Shown here in pieces: positions 46,092 through 59,900 of a stretch of 64,000 nucleotides of DNA. Below the pieces are notes generated by a model that saw only the letters and a program-made list of their open reading frames with translations, was not told the origin of the DNA and did not search any database. Origin of the DNA: Phoronis australis (lineage: Eukaryota > Animalia > Phoronida); contig NMRA01000002.1 in assembly GCA_002633005.1 (NCBI GenBank), forward strand, positions 1,643,023 to 1,707,022. The letters run 5' to 3'. How positions within the stretch are numbered: position 1 is the stretch's first letter; every line of letters starts with the position of its first letter. The position numbers were made by a program, and so were the translations under genes.

Positions 46092-47293
46092 AAATTTGAC
46101 AAATCTGTTTAGCATTCCTATTACATGGCCATCACTCATATGCTGTCGAAGTCCACAAGTGATGTATTGCCCAGTACCTATATCAAAAATAATGGCTTTT
46201 TCAAAGAGAATTTTCGGCTTCGGTGTTTCGCATATTAGTAGTGCAAGCAGCTTTTCATTGTTTTTGTGTTTGAGAGTATTTTGTCCATTCATAGTACTGT
46301 TTATTTCTGTTGGTGTTGAATTGAAGTACATGTCCACATCTACTATAATTTTACTTATTAAAAATTAAAAATTCTTTCCTTGGTTTTACTAGATTCACAT
46401 GGCTTTCAAAGGTCTCTTGTGTTGTTACTCTGAAGACAAAACGTGATCCAAAATATTGACATTTTACTATTTCTTTCATTGTTTCCTTTCTCATGCGACC
46501 ATAAACATCAGTCAATTAGTACGCACGACTGACCCCTAGTGGTAAGATCATCCATGCATGAACGAACATTCTGCAAAGTGAAACAAGCACATTTACAAAG
46601 TTGTGCATACAAGAAGGCATCTTATCCCACAAAACAACCATGCATTTGCATACCAGGATTTGGTAACAATCAAAACACGTGCAACTGTGCGTATGAATCT
46701 TTTTTTGCATTTTAGCCAAATGCAAGGCTAGATTTATGATACATCAAAGCTGTGCATTCAATCTATAGACCTTAACAGACATAGCCAATCAAGGGGTTGG
46801 TTTGTAGATGTTACAAAAGGGGGCAGCACTGGTCTTTGGACCCATGTGACCAGTCAAACACTTTATGTTATAAAAAACAAACGTCTGATGCACAATCAAA
46901 CCATCTTTTCGTAAATTTCTAAGATGGTAGTCTTATGAATAAAACTATATAGGCCGCATACTAACAGTATCTCATCATCAGTGGACTCGACAATCTTCAC
47001 AATGAAGTCCTTACACTGAAGTCCCCAGACTTCTGTGTAGAGTGACCTCAACAAAGTCCTCATAGTGAAGTCTCAGTCTGTCCAGAATGACCTCGAAATG
47101 TATTCGCAATGAAGCCACCAACTCCTTAGACTCCAGTAATCAGTTATACCCTGACATGTCAACAAAGTCTTTATAATGAAGTCTCCAGACAACTATGCAG
47201 AATCACCACAATAATGTATTAACAATGAAGCCTTCATAATGGAGTCCCTAGACACCAGTAATGAGTAATGTTAGCAATTGAAGTCCTGATATG

Positions 47294-50200
47294 TCAGGTG
47301 GTCTCAACAGCTTTCAGTTCCTCAGCTGATAAAGGCTGCAGGTGGAATCCTTTGATCTTATCCTGATTTTGCAAGTCTCGTAGCTTATCCACCTTAGTTT
47401 TCAGACCAGTCCTTAAACTGTTTATTTCCTCGTCCAGCTGTTTCTGATCTACGAAGAGAAGACAAGTCTCTGTTGACAACGTTCTAGAGAAAATGAACAA
47501 TGAAACCATTTTAAAGAGCACAGTTCAGCTTTTTGACTCGAATATGTAAGTTACAACCAGGCCTTCATCTAAAGATAGTCCAGGGTATCTAAATACACAC
47601 CCTGACTGAAATTTTGACACTTTGTCAAGGACTTCCTGTTTCGCATTTGGACGGCCTGTTTCACATCTGCACGCTGAAGTAAAGTAAGTAAGTTAGAGTG
47701 TCTCTTCAACTCACCAGCAGCATCTCAGCAAGCTCATTGGCTTGTCAAGAATAAAAAAGCTGGTTTAGAAATGATGTAAGATACAAAACACTTTATCGCA
47801 GAGCCATGTCTCCACAGTAACAATAACTACACTATAACAGCAAATTGACTAGAGGTCATAAAAGGCTATCATGTGTTATTGATCATGGATGCCCTAAGGA
47901 ATTGAAAAACCCATTTTGGAACCCTATTTTTGAAATCCTGGACGAAACTCCGGTTGCGACACGTAATATCACAGGTCAAATGCCATTCAAAAGCTGCTCT
48001 AAGTGTGACATGGAAGTTGAGACATTTGTCTGGCATGTCAAAGGCTTCCAGGCTTTTATTCGATGCACACATAACCTGTCTGGAGGAAATCACAGACTGT
48101 ACAACTTTACCAGTTTTCCAATTTCCTGAGAAAAATAGGCAGATCGGATAACTTCACCCATGAGAAACCCCTCGGTGAGGGCTCCACATGATTCATAATC
48201 GGGTAATAGTTCAAAGGGCATTGGGCAATGTGCCACTTTTTAACATGTATCAACTCTGTGAAAATTACCATGAAGAAGTATAGTGTGGAGCAGAGTAACT
48301 AGTATATATGTCTCAGAATTTTATAAGGTGACAACTGTGTATCAGCTGTTACTAGATGAGTGAAAATCTCAAACGTTCACCAAGGTCACATACTTTTGGA
48401 AGGGGGGGGGGGCTCATTGAAGGAAAATGTGCTAGCAATATCAACATCGAATGCAGACCAAATTGTGCAGTAGTTTTAAGTTCATTTTGCAGTTACCGGT
48501 AAGCCAAAATGCACAGCAATAAATTATGCTCAGTTTCTCATAAAGCTTTGTTTTCCATCGACACTAGCTAACACTGCTCATTTTTAGAACCCTACAATTG
48601 TAAAAAAAACTGTATTGGGAGAGGCTGTTTGCAGAAATTTCCGGTAGACTGATTAGTAATTAGAAGTAACTACTCCCATATTGATACAACTGCATGAAGT
48701 ATGAACAGGAAAAGAAGTTCTAATATGGTAAAGTGTCATTAATTTAGAACGCATTGGTGTAACAGTGAACTTCGATCATTTCTAATATCAAGACAAAAAG
48801 AAGCAGCAAGAAAATATTTCAGTGATAATTGGCACAGTTTGTGGTGTAAACTGAATTCAACAAAAGCACAGTGGAATTTTGAACACCATAGCAATTTTTT
48901 GGAAATCAAAAAGTATGACAATTAGTTTTAAGAAACTTTAGTTAATTGCGAGTAAAACAGAGATGATAAGCTAATGACAAAGCGCTGAGAGTTTGCAGCA
49001 CCATTTTTGAAAACTATGGTTTGGGTTCATGTTATGGCGTGAAACCCTTTATTGATTTTTTAACACAAGTTATCGTTTGTAACTACACATGATAAACCAG
49101 GAAATTGAGTTAATTGATTGCCTCACCCTTGCTACCTCAATTTATTCCACTCTGAAGATTGTTATTTCAGATCGGCCTCATTAGCACTGCACTTTGGGAT
49201 GATAATGTACACAATTAATCAAAATAATGAAAGTCAATGCTGCAGCATTTCATTGTGACATCACAAAAATATTTTCAAGAGCAATCGACTGGTGAAAATC
49301 GTGCAAAAGTTACCTTTTTCCAGTAAGCCCTTTGTTTTGTCTTTATCAATCTTTAAGAACATATTTCCAAAGCAGACCCAGGCTTTTTTATTTGTGCTGT
49401 CCTTCTGAAGTGACCTGAAGTTAAACACTAGATGATTGGCAGATTCACTGTCAGACAAAAGAAACACAAGGAATGGTGAAATCTTCCCAGTTTAGGATGC
49501 AATATGGCCAGCAACTGGAAGTTATTTTAACATTGTTCCATGCAACATATATAGCACCAATGTTTTCCAAAGTTCAATTTTTGTACCACAGCTAGTACCT
49601 GAAAAACTGAGGACAATTACAATATTATTGAACCCCTTGAAATATGGAAAATGGCAATTGTGACAATTATTTTTGTCCAAAATTAGTGAGATTTCACTGT
49701 ATCTTCTCAAAATCAAAGCCCAAGGTTTAATCTCCAAACACAAACTCAACTCTGACTTGGATTCGAAACTTGAGCAATTATTTAATAAGTAGGTAAGCAT
49801 GATTCGTGTAAACATTTTCAAGTTTACTCGAAAAGTGTCTTGCAACTGGACAAAGTTAATTTATTAATCAAGTTTCAAGCAAAAATAAGATCCCAGATCC
49901 AGGAGTTGATTTCCTCATTTGGATTAATCAGAAAATCCTGAAAATAAATTAAGTTGCGAAATTGCAAAGGGAATTTAATATTTAGAATATCTGTAACATT
50001 TTATTCAAGAATTTGTGCTTAATGAACAAGTGGATCAATAGTTTTAAAATTAGTAACTATAGACTGTGTTTAAAAACTACTGTAATAGGACAGTCCCAGA
50101 TTACACACTGACATTTGGATCTTGCGGTATTTACCCAGAATGCTGCAACATCTGCCAAACAGTTTTCAAGCCTAGTTTTCACACCATTAGCATTTCTTGT

Positions 50201-50697
50201 GTTCTTTTTTGGTACCTTGTATTTGTTCAAGTTTTTCTTGACTTCCTTTTTATCTGTATTCGACTTTCCAATGCCAACGAAGCTTTACATTTATGCCGTA
50301 AGCTACAACACCAATGACTGAAAGTTGGATAAACTTGAGGACTATCCGTGGATGTGATATTTTCTGACATGATTCTTAGAATCAGCCTGACATTTCTAAT
50401 ACGAGACAAATGTAACGATGCATTTTCCTACCTTCAAGACAAATGAGATTTCTATCTAGTACCGTCAAATGAAGAAGTTCATGATAAATCAACGTTGATT
50501 TATCATGAACTTCTTCATTTGTGCGGCGATCGTCCAGTTTTTAATGACATTTATATCCTTACTGACCTTAAGGCCTCCCTTGTTTTATTCCTCTTCCTGT
50601 CAAGGTCAACTATTTGATGTTTATCAGCCAACACATCCTCAGCGGCGCCCTCTATCTGACCAAGGTGACTCAATACTTGTTGCATGTCACTGTCCAT
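47294..50697 (-). CDS. PDRG1: p53 and DNA damage-regulated protein 1 (prefoldin-like, PAQosome subunit)
   Basis: Exons (minus) 50697-50567, 49414-49314, 47448-47294 (TGA). Peptides AEDVLADKHQIVDLDRKRNKTREALR, AWVCFGNMFLK, LLEKDQKQLDEEINSLRTGLKTKV, GFHLQPLSAEE. Confidence 0.93.
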
Positions 50698-51056
50698 CTC
50701 ACTCACTGTCTTGGTTCTGTAATAGCAAGTCGCCAAACTTTTATTTTTTCAGCAAATCATATCAACCTTAATCGTTTGCATACAACAAGATCCCCGGCTT
50801 GCATGAATGACGTGCAGACTGTGTACGCATTGCTGATATTGCTGTGACGATGGTTATTACTTCCTGTGTAAAGTAGACATTGGCAAACATTCATCATTGT
50901 ACTTCGTACACACATCAACCATTAGAGTTCATGCATGAGGTTAGTCTTGAAAGTGAAGTCAGACTTCAAATCTTGTCTCACAGCTCAAGAGTTCATGTGC
51001 TGTCTCATAGGTCATAGTTCATGTACTGCCCTGTAGGTCATAGTTTGTGTACTCTC

Positions 51057-52106
51057 TTATAGGTCAGAGTTCATATATTGCCTGAAATTACGTTCCCATT
51101 TCGCCTTCTTTGACAATGCTGCCTTCCTCTGCTTTTTGTTCAGGCTCCGTCGAGTCTCCACCCTTCCTGCTTCAACCTTCTGCTGCTCAACAGCACGCTT
51201 GTCATGAGCTCCAAAGTGAGTCACCTTAGGCCTGCATTCTGTGCCGGTACCCAGCCCTGCTCTGTTCCTTTTCAACACAGTTTTCACCGGGTACTTCTTC
51301 CCTTCTCCCGCAGGCCCCAGACCCTGCTCCTTGTCCCAGCCGCTTTTCACCATTAACTTGTAACCCACATTGCTCTCTGGTATATGGTACAGTGTAGACG
51401 GCATGTCTCGCTTTGTGTTCAGAAGGTGTACGGTTGATGTGTTATGAGCCTTCCGAGTCGTTTCAAGGAACTCTTGCTGGCAACTGACACAAAAGAACCT
51501 GTTTGTAGTGGGTTTAGTCGGCTGAGACTGATTCTGTTCCCTGCAACTCCCACTTTCAATCCTCTTCAGGTAGTTTATAACGCGTTCATGCTTAGTGCTC
51601 TGAGCTATACTCAGTGCCGTCTCCCCAGCGCAGTTCATGGCATATTGATTGATGCCCTTCTCCACCAGACATTTAACAATATGCAAATGCCCGGCATGTG
51701 CAGAACACATTAAAGCAGTCCAACCAAAGCCGTCGATGTAGTTGATATCTGCACCATCTTTTAAACACCTACTTAAAGCTGGCAAATCACCTTCTTGGGC
51801 ATACTTTAAATACTGCATATTCAATCTATCCAAGCGGCGGACTATAGATGGACTCGATTTAATGCTGGTGGATTTCTTAGACTTAACTTTAGCTTTTGAT
51901 TTATGTTGCTGACATAACGGTTCTGACGTCGATGGGGTCTCTGATATTACTGTCTCATAGAAGTCTCTAACCTCATTTCCATCGACGACAGGTGCCTTGG
52001 GGACATTCCTTGGCTCTGCTATCCACGATGAAGACTCACCGTCAGAGGACTTACCCCGTACAAATGTCACTGATTGTCGATATGCTCTGCCATGGTACTC
52101 ACTCAT
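51057..52106 (-). CDS. GPANK1: G-patch domain and ankyrin repeat-containing protein 1 (BAT4); intronless CDS, 349 aa
   Basis: ORF with ankyrin repeats (INYIDGFGWTALMCSAHAGHLHIVKCLV), a C2H2-like motif FFCVSC..HNTSTVHL and a G-patch (SNVGYKLMVKSGWDKEQGLGPAGEGKKYPVKTVLKRNRAGLG), then VTHF. First ATG at 52106 follows a splice acceptor at 52141. Confidence 0.93.
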   Translation of the reverse strand: MSEYHGRAYRQSVTFVRGKSSDGESSSWIAEPRNVPKAPVVDGNEVRDFYETVISETPSTSEPLCQQHKSKAKVKSKKSTSIKSSPSIVRRLDRLNMQYLKYAQEGDLPALSRCLKDGADINYIDGFGWTALMCSAHAGHLHIVKCLVEKGINQYAMNCAGETALSIAQSTKHERVINYLKRIESGSCREQNQSQPTKPTTNRFFCVSCQQEFLETTRKAHNTSTVHLLNTKRDMPSTLYHIPESNVGYKLMVKSGWDKEQGLGPAGEGKKYPVKTVLKRNRAGLGTGTECRPKVTHFGAHDKRAVEQQKVEAGRVETRRSLNKKQRKAALSKKAKWERNFRQYMNSDL

Positions 52107-53975
52107 TTCACAGCAACACAACACGTGAATTGCAAAATGTCTAAAACAAAACAAAATGTTAACTGTCACTATAAGAATTTTAGTTTTGAAACAAAATTTA
52201 TTTTGTTTAAAAGGTTGTCTCCGTGTCCTGTTTCTCACGTAATAAGGCCGATGCTATTTACCCATGAATTTGGCTAAACAAGTTGATTTTTGGTATTTAT
52301 CTAACGAGTTGGCCAAATATATGAGAGACGGTTTTTACTTGTTATTCCCTCGACAATGCAATCAGCATTTTCATTAGTAGACACTTCACACCTCTTCACA
52401 CTAATAATCAGATTTTCGCTATTCACCCAGCAAACTTCAAAGTTATAAGTCCAGATAACATCAAAACCGAGCAGCTCTAATAACCCAAATTTTGTTACCC
52501 ACCCCTACAACTTTAACCTCACTGTAACAACCTTCTGGACAAAATAAAACTTTTTTGTTATTTAACTAACTAGTTGGCCCAAAAATGAGTCGGTATCAAC
52601 CAGTCTTGACTACTACCAATATTTATAGATATAAAGACAGTTTAAAAAGCTAAATAAAGGTTACTTTTCTCTATTACTCGATGTGTAAATAGACAGGGCG
52701 TAGAAACATTAAGGCACTAGTACATGTAGATCGTAGTCTTGATTTAGAAACGCCGGCAATAACGGGCTTGTTTTATATTGGAGAAAACTGGTTCTCGAAT
52801 GTTCAGTTAAACCAGGGACTATTATATCTGAACAGTGCTGAAACAAATCCAAGCACGTATGCTTCTAAATTCCCGGCAAGGTATAATCCACTTAAGTCTA
52901 AACCCAAGTCACACAGACCACTGTCACAGAGCAGATACCAGCAGTTTGAACTACCGTGCCCATGGCGGGACCAAATTTCTGCGCTACAGCACAACGGTAT
53001 CGAGGTACCAAAATGAGAAAAATAGAAAACTACTTCAAAGTCGACTATCGATGGCTATGCCGGCTACTACTACAATGTCAGTGTCAGTGAGGTTGTGGAC
53101 CAAACTGATACCTGCGCCAAACTGAATTGGCTCACTTCAATTTGGTGTGGCTTGGTAAGCCAAACTGAAGCTACCGTAAGTTTCCAAGTTACTCACAGTG
53201 CTGTGGTTTATGGGTTTTTTAACAGTTATTTGAACTGAAATTGACGACAATGAGTACCCACGTATGCAGGCCATGAGGATAAATCACATTGGTTCTGATA
53301 ATCATTAAAACGCCCATAAACCATTGGCAGTGACTTGGAAACTTAATATGGTAACTTCAGTTTGGGATAATTGTTTATAATATGACGACATTGACCCACA
53401 CAAATGATTTTGATATAGTCTGATTCCGCCTATCACTCCCATTCCAAAAATATAAATAAATGTGTCCCCTACCAAATTTCCTCACTACTTTATCACCAAA
53501 GTTCTGTTCACACTATTCCCCAGTTGACACCACCGTATTTGCTCAACTTAAGATTACAGCGACACCTGTTGCTAATAAATGAAATAGCATCGTCGATTCT
53601 GAATGGTGTTTGCTGGCGCGAGATTACCCCTAAAGTTTTCCTGAGATACCAGTAACATAGTGCAACAAGGGGCAGCATTTCAGTCTTTTCCATAAATCAT
53701 AGAAGTGTGATCATTTGACCCCTTTTCCACAAAATTCTCTAAAGTGACATCCTTTTCACGAATTTGGACCTCGAAAACTACCCTTCTTGGGGATTCTTTT
53801 TAGTGGATGCGTACCAGGGCCAACATAGGTATTCGAATCCTTGGTTCCCTAGTTCGGGCCCGGGATCAATGGGTCTCAGTCAGTTTGAACTTATGGAAGA
53901 GCGACGCTCTAAAGAATGTAGGCGCCTGTAGATTAGTTGAATTTTTGGCTGCCAGAAGACTCCTACCATTCAACA

Positions 53976-56900
53976 GAAGTGGTCTTACAATACAACCTAC
54001 GTCACCCAATCCTGATCTCCTCAAAGGTGGATCTGCTGATGCAGCAAACCCAAATGAAACAGAGACATGATCTGAACAAAACAGAGTTACTGAGTCACAA
54101 CGTGATGCTAAAGAGTGCGTTACAATACTCAGGGATCCAATGACACAAAAGAGATACAGGATGGGGCCATGGGGCAAACTAGCTCTGAAAACGACCCACG
54201 AAGCAGTACGTTGCAACCAGCACCGCTTGGACCTGACTTTATTACGTTTATTACGATGATGAGCAGATCCCAATGAAACGAAAATACAACCAGAGCAAAA
54301 CTAGTAAAACAGTTATGTTTATTGAAGAAACATCATGTCCGCCAAGACTTTATACTAAAGACAATGCCTATGTAATATGATCTGATACTGTGGTAATTGA
54401 ATCTGATGGTGAAATGACCCATGCAAAAATGCGGAACTCCACTGATAATAATCATTGCAAGACAAAGAAGTTACCGAATTCGGTAAGAAGGCATCTGAAT
54501 TAGACTCTGAACTCAGAAAGAAAACAGAACAGCTATCATTCATAAAGTCTCACACTGCCAAGCTGGAACATCAGATAAATGAAATGGAAAAAACAATCAG
54601 GCTGATGACCATTCAGAACTTTCCAAGTCAAGTTAATGCAACTGACATACCCATGAGCAGTAACCATGGTAACAACAACTATGTCACATCAGCAGAGTTA
54701 AGATAGCAATGCTCGAGACCAGACTCGACCAATCAGAACGCAGGGTCACGGAATGCGACTATCATTGCAATGAACAATGGCCAATTAACTCATCAGTCTA
54801 GTCAACAACTTGAGTACACGGTTTCTGCTATTGGCGCAAAAGTCAAAAGACACATTTACCAAGTCATTGCTGTCTCCCAACCATATACACAAAGAAATCG
54901 ACATTACAATGATACGTTATCCTATGGCAATTACTGCAACCGCAATCCCAGTAACAGAATGAGTAATGCATTCCACCACCAATCTGGATTGTTCCAACAG
55001 GAAAGAAGTAGGAACTCTTCCAAAGTAACCTACAACAATACCAGTTATACCAACAATAGATTAACTCAATACCAACAGAAATAGAATAGACAGGAGAACG
55101 GAACGATTCATAAAGTTACAGATGGAGACGTAACTTGGAGACATCATTAAACTTATAATTGCCATACTAAATACAGGGACAAGGTGATTAGAGACCCAAG
55201 AAATGATGCAGTCCTGATCGACAGCCTGCATCCATACTCTGACTGTGATACAGAGATAAAGGGTATCGCTCAAACAGACCCTCTGATGCCTCGGCAGTAA
55301 CTGAACCACAAGATTTCTCAAACGATATAATCTACCTAATGAAGCTTGAGTGCCTAACACGATGAATACTCAGGAACTGAAAAGAATCATTGTCAGAGAG
55401 CATACGAAAGAGCCCTAGGCCCTGTGATCAACGACATTCTCCTAATGTGCCCACAGTTACCGAGTCTGACGAGGAGACCAGACAACATTCTAAAGGTTCC
55501 AATCTGTTTACGAACGAGGCCGTGCGACAGCCAAATGAGCTCAGAACCCAGATTAAATGCATACTCAGACTGTATCAATGTTAAGAACATATCTGCCAAC
55601 AGACTATATATACATGAAATGGCTAACCAAACTGGTGTTGCTTGCCTCCAGTAGCATTGGCTTTTTAACTACCAAACTCAATATCTTGACACCCTTCATA
55701 CAGATTTTATCATACCAAATATATTGATGATTTTGAACCAATACCTCCACTGCAAAAACCTACTAGAGGATATAGGGGTGTTAGTATTCTCTGCAATAAA
55801 ACCATCCTTAATGTCATCAAGCAACCAAGTGGTTCCAATAGAATTACTGTGACAGAACTAACACGTGTATCATTGGTGTCTACTGTCCGAGCAGAGGAAC
55901 TCGAAACACTGAGAATGAATTCATCTCCACTCTTGAAGAACTGATCGAGAGACAATAATAAAATTCTCATATTATAATTCTGTGCGGTGATTTCAACGCG
56001 TCGACGAGAATACGTGTCGGAGTAAAAAGAGATACTTATCTAATGGACTTCGTCAAAGAATGTAGTTTATATTCCACCACCATCACCAGACATCTTCTTC
56101 GCTACCAACGACAATTCACCACCACCAACAGACCACATATTTATCAACAATGCAGAATTCATTCTAGGGAAAGTCTGGATCACAATGACACTGTTAACAC
56201 TTCTGACCATAGAGCTAATTCTTATCTCTGTTGCTACAAAGTTTATATTGAAAAGACCATTGACACTCTTGTCAGGAACAGAAGTAAACCTGATTGGCCA
56301 AAGGGTGATATTCACCAATACTGTGAGCACATCTGTCTGCATCTTGGTGACCCAAGTGCACATGACTCGTCTGAAACCATGATTAAGGATATTGAGGAAG
56401 TCATGAAACCAACAGCTAATAATGCCATTCTTACCAGTAAACGCAAGGTTCCTGATAGATGCAAGATTACGGTCTTACCAGCTGATGTACTGGAAGCAAT
56501 CAAGCTGTCCAAACCAGCATTCTGGATATGGAAAGCAGCTGGACGTCCGAGCGACAAAAACGATGCGTTATATATCGAAAGAAAGCATGCGGAACAAGTT
56601 GTGATGAAGGTGCAGAGACAATCTGAGGCAAGGAAGAAGCCAGACAAAAATCATGGACGAGATGGCAGAGAGCAACAGAAATTCTGGCCGGTTCCATCGC
56701 TTAATCAACCATCAGAGAAAGACCAAATCCACTATGTTGTGCATATGCTTTGATGGGGGAAATACAGACAGACAATGGCAACATCAGTAATGGTTGGATC
56801 ACAATATTCTGGCAACCTAGCTACTCCAAAAAGAGACCCAAGATTTGAAACATTCCCAAATGGCATCTATGCTCCACTTGACAATGACCTTATCTTATGT

Positions 56901-59900
56901 TCTTACCTTCCTGGTAGTGATCCTGTCCATATATCTGAAAAGACCGTCAAGTTGGCCATAACAGATCTGAGCAACAGCCAAGCAGTGGACATGTGTGACG
57001 TCACCATACAACATGTAAGATATGCAGGTGATGCACTGACCTACTACATCAGGCACATGATAGAATGCATGATGCGTGAAGAAAAAGTACCATCAATACT
57101 ATAAAGTAGAATCAGCCACCTGATCTACAAGTGAAAAGGACTCGTAATAGAACCAACTAACTATCGACGTGTAACTGTAACAAATACTTTTCTTAAACTC
57201 CTCGAGAACATTCTGAAGAGAGCTCACACCATCGACCAATCTACGCTCCAGTTCCGCTTCACTGAGAAATGATCGCCTTCTATGGATGCCCTCCTAGTTA
57301 GAGAAACTGTTTGAAGCAAAATATAACAAGCATCTTATCTAAGTAGCTGCAATCGACACACAGAAAGCCCTTGATGTTGTACAACACCATTCCTTGCTAA
57401 AGAAATTAGCTTTCATATGTCCATCCATGGAACATCATAAAGGATTGATATCAACGCAGGTGAACTGGAAAGGGACCGTCTCACCTGGAACATTCAAGCT
57501 TCTTCAAGGAGTTTGCCAAGGCAGGTATTGTCCACCCTACATAACAAATGCTACACCAACCCTCTACTAATGCTGCTGAATAAACACGGATATAGTGACC
57601 GTGTGGTGATTGGAAACACTTGAGTACCGCACACCACATGCGTAGATTATGTCCTTCGTGTATCATCCTGTCAGGACAACATGCAGTCTACACTTTACAT
57701 CGTCGAAAATTATAGTCACTATGAACACAATCTCAGTAACGTGTCTAAATCATATGCATTCTCTGTCAATCTCACCACCAAGGTGTCACCCACAAATTTC
57801 AAGTTTGAAGGAATACCATTACACAACAGTACTGTGATTCCTTAGAGCACCTGGGCATGACCTTGAACAACAAGATGAAAGTTGACCTAGTTTTAAGAAT
57901 TAAGAAAGTTAGAGGAACCCTTTATGGTCTGATGGGTGCTGGGATGCACGGCAGAAATGGGATCATATCGGATTCCCTGTGGTCAGTCTATGTTGAACCC
58001 AGTCTTACCCAAGGTCTAGAGCCAATTACCTTGAGTCGGCCCTTGACGACAAATGAAAAAGATCGAGGCTTTCGAGTGGAAGACTCTGAAGGAACTTCAG
58101 TTCCTACCAATGCGAACGCCCACGTGCATCATTTATCTATTGGTTGTTGTATTACCTCAACCTGTCATGGGTGTAGTACAAAATGGTTCCTGATGCTATT
58201 TGGGGTATGTTATGCTATGTTAAGGTGTCCCTGAAGATCACTGTAGGGCAGATCATAACGCATGGTCTGTTGGAAAAGAGCTGGTTTAGCCATGTGCAAA
58301 GACTACTCATAATGTATGACCTCCCCTTGGCATTTCAGCATGTACTCAATCCTCCGGGAAAGTACCAGTGGAAGACCCTTGTCAAGTCAGCAGTAAGGAG
58401 CTACTGGGAACAAAAGCTCATTGAAGTACATCAACATAGAGGCACTCTCCCTTGGTTCTGCTCATTGCGTCTGGTCTTCTGTCCAAAAGTCACAGTATGA
58501 CATACAGAGAGCGACAATCAAGGCCAGGCTGCTGACTGTTACTTACACTCTTCAGTCCAACAGAGCGGCATTCATTCAATACTCAATACGCAGCTAATGC
58601 AACATGCCCTCTCTGGGGCAAAAAGGATGAGACGCGACACCACTTTGTTTACACCTGCAAGAAGTTTTAATCTCATCATGTGAGACAACTCAAGAAGCTT
58701 AGATGGTTCTTATTTCCCATCAGTATACAGTCAACTGAATCCCCCCACCACACCCCACCGACTACCAATCTCATCTTAGACACATCTGCCATAACTAACA
58801 GTCTCATCTTGGACGCATCTGCAGTAAAGGACAGAATTTGTATTCGCCTGTCCCAAGACAGAGATTGTCAGCAAGGACTTGATCCACACTCTTCATGTGA
58901 CTTAATCCAAGATTGTGTAGTCTTTCCACTCTTCTTTCAACCAATAGATCAGCATAATATAAATCCTTCTCTGTACATTATGTTCATCCTCTACAATATA
59001 TCTCCTGAAACCAGCTGGATCCAAAATCAGCGCCAAGGGAAAGTATCGGTCCAATTTGACTTGGATGTGCTTCACGTGTTCAGTGGACTTCTCGAGAGTG
59101 TTAGTGGCAGGCCTTTATGCAGCATAGGTCCATTTGGATGCCCTGGCACTAACATGGATGCCCTGGCAAGGACACCCAATGTATCATTTGGACGCCCACT
59201 GTCAATAGGAACCTTTCAAGTTTGGACGCACACACTGTAATGATTAATAGGAAGCCTCTGAAAGCTCACCGGTGGTTGCTCTTTTTTCAAAGCAGGAAAA
59301 AATATACAATGTATATACAAAGTATATACAATATTGCTATGCTCACACTTGGTTGATAGCATTGTAAAAGTCTTGGTTTACACAGACTTTTTTAGTAAAA
59401 ATGCTCACTACAGAAGGCTGTTTTGTAAACTTAGATGTAAAAACCTTGGTCTGTGCATTTTTTTGTAAAAAATCTGTGTGTTTGGGGGGATTGCTGGGGG
59501 TGGGGGTTACGCGTCGGAATCATGGATGCCCTGGAATATTGGGAACCCCATTTTGGACACCCTATTTTCGAAATCCTGGATAAAGGCCTGGTTAGTGGAC
59601 CTGTTTATATTTGTCAAGCTCCAGTACTATACCTGGACGAATGACAACAAATTGTTAACTCAACGTCCACTTTATACCAATTGAAACAACTGAATAGGCA
59701 GACGAGCTATTCATATGACTGATAATGGTGCAAGTCTTGACTGCATCTTATACCATGCTTTAAACGTGTGATACTGGTGGACACTGTAGTGCAGCGGTAT
59801 CTTGGACAAATGGGATACTGACTCTTGAACAAACATTTTATCCTTATTAGTCTCTAAGTTTTGAATCCATAATGTTTAATTATCATCGCATATGAAGACT

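Noticed and set aside
52107-52238. N-terminal extension of GPANK1 in the 393-aa ORF call
   Set aside because: It starts at a GTG that is probably a splice donor and runs through a polypyrimidine tract and acceptor; the real start is most likely ATG 52106.
56043-59240. Long ORFs (236, 109, 125, 105 and 186 aa) as host genes
   Set aside because: They are frameshifted pieces of the decayed LINE ORF2 and its 3' region.
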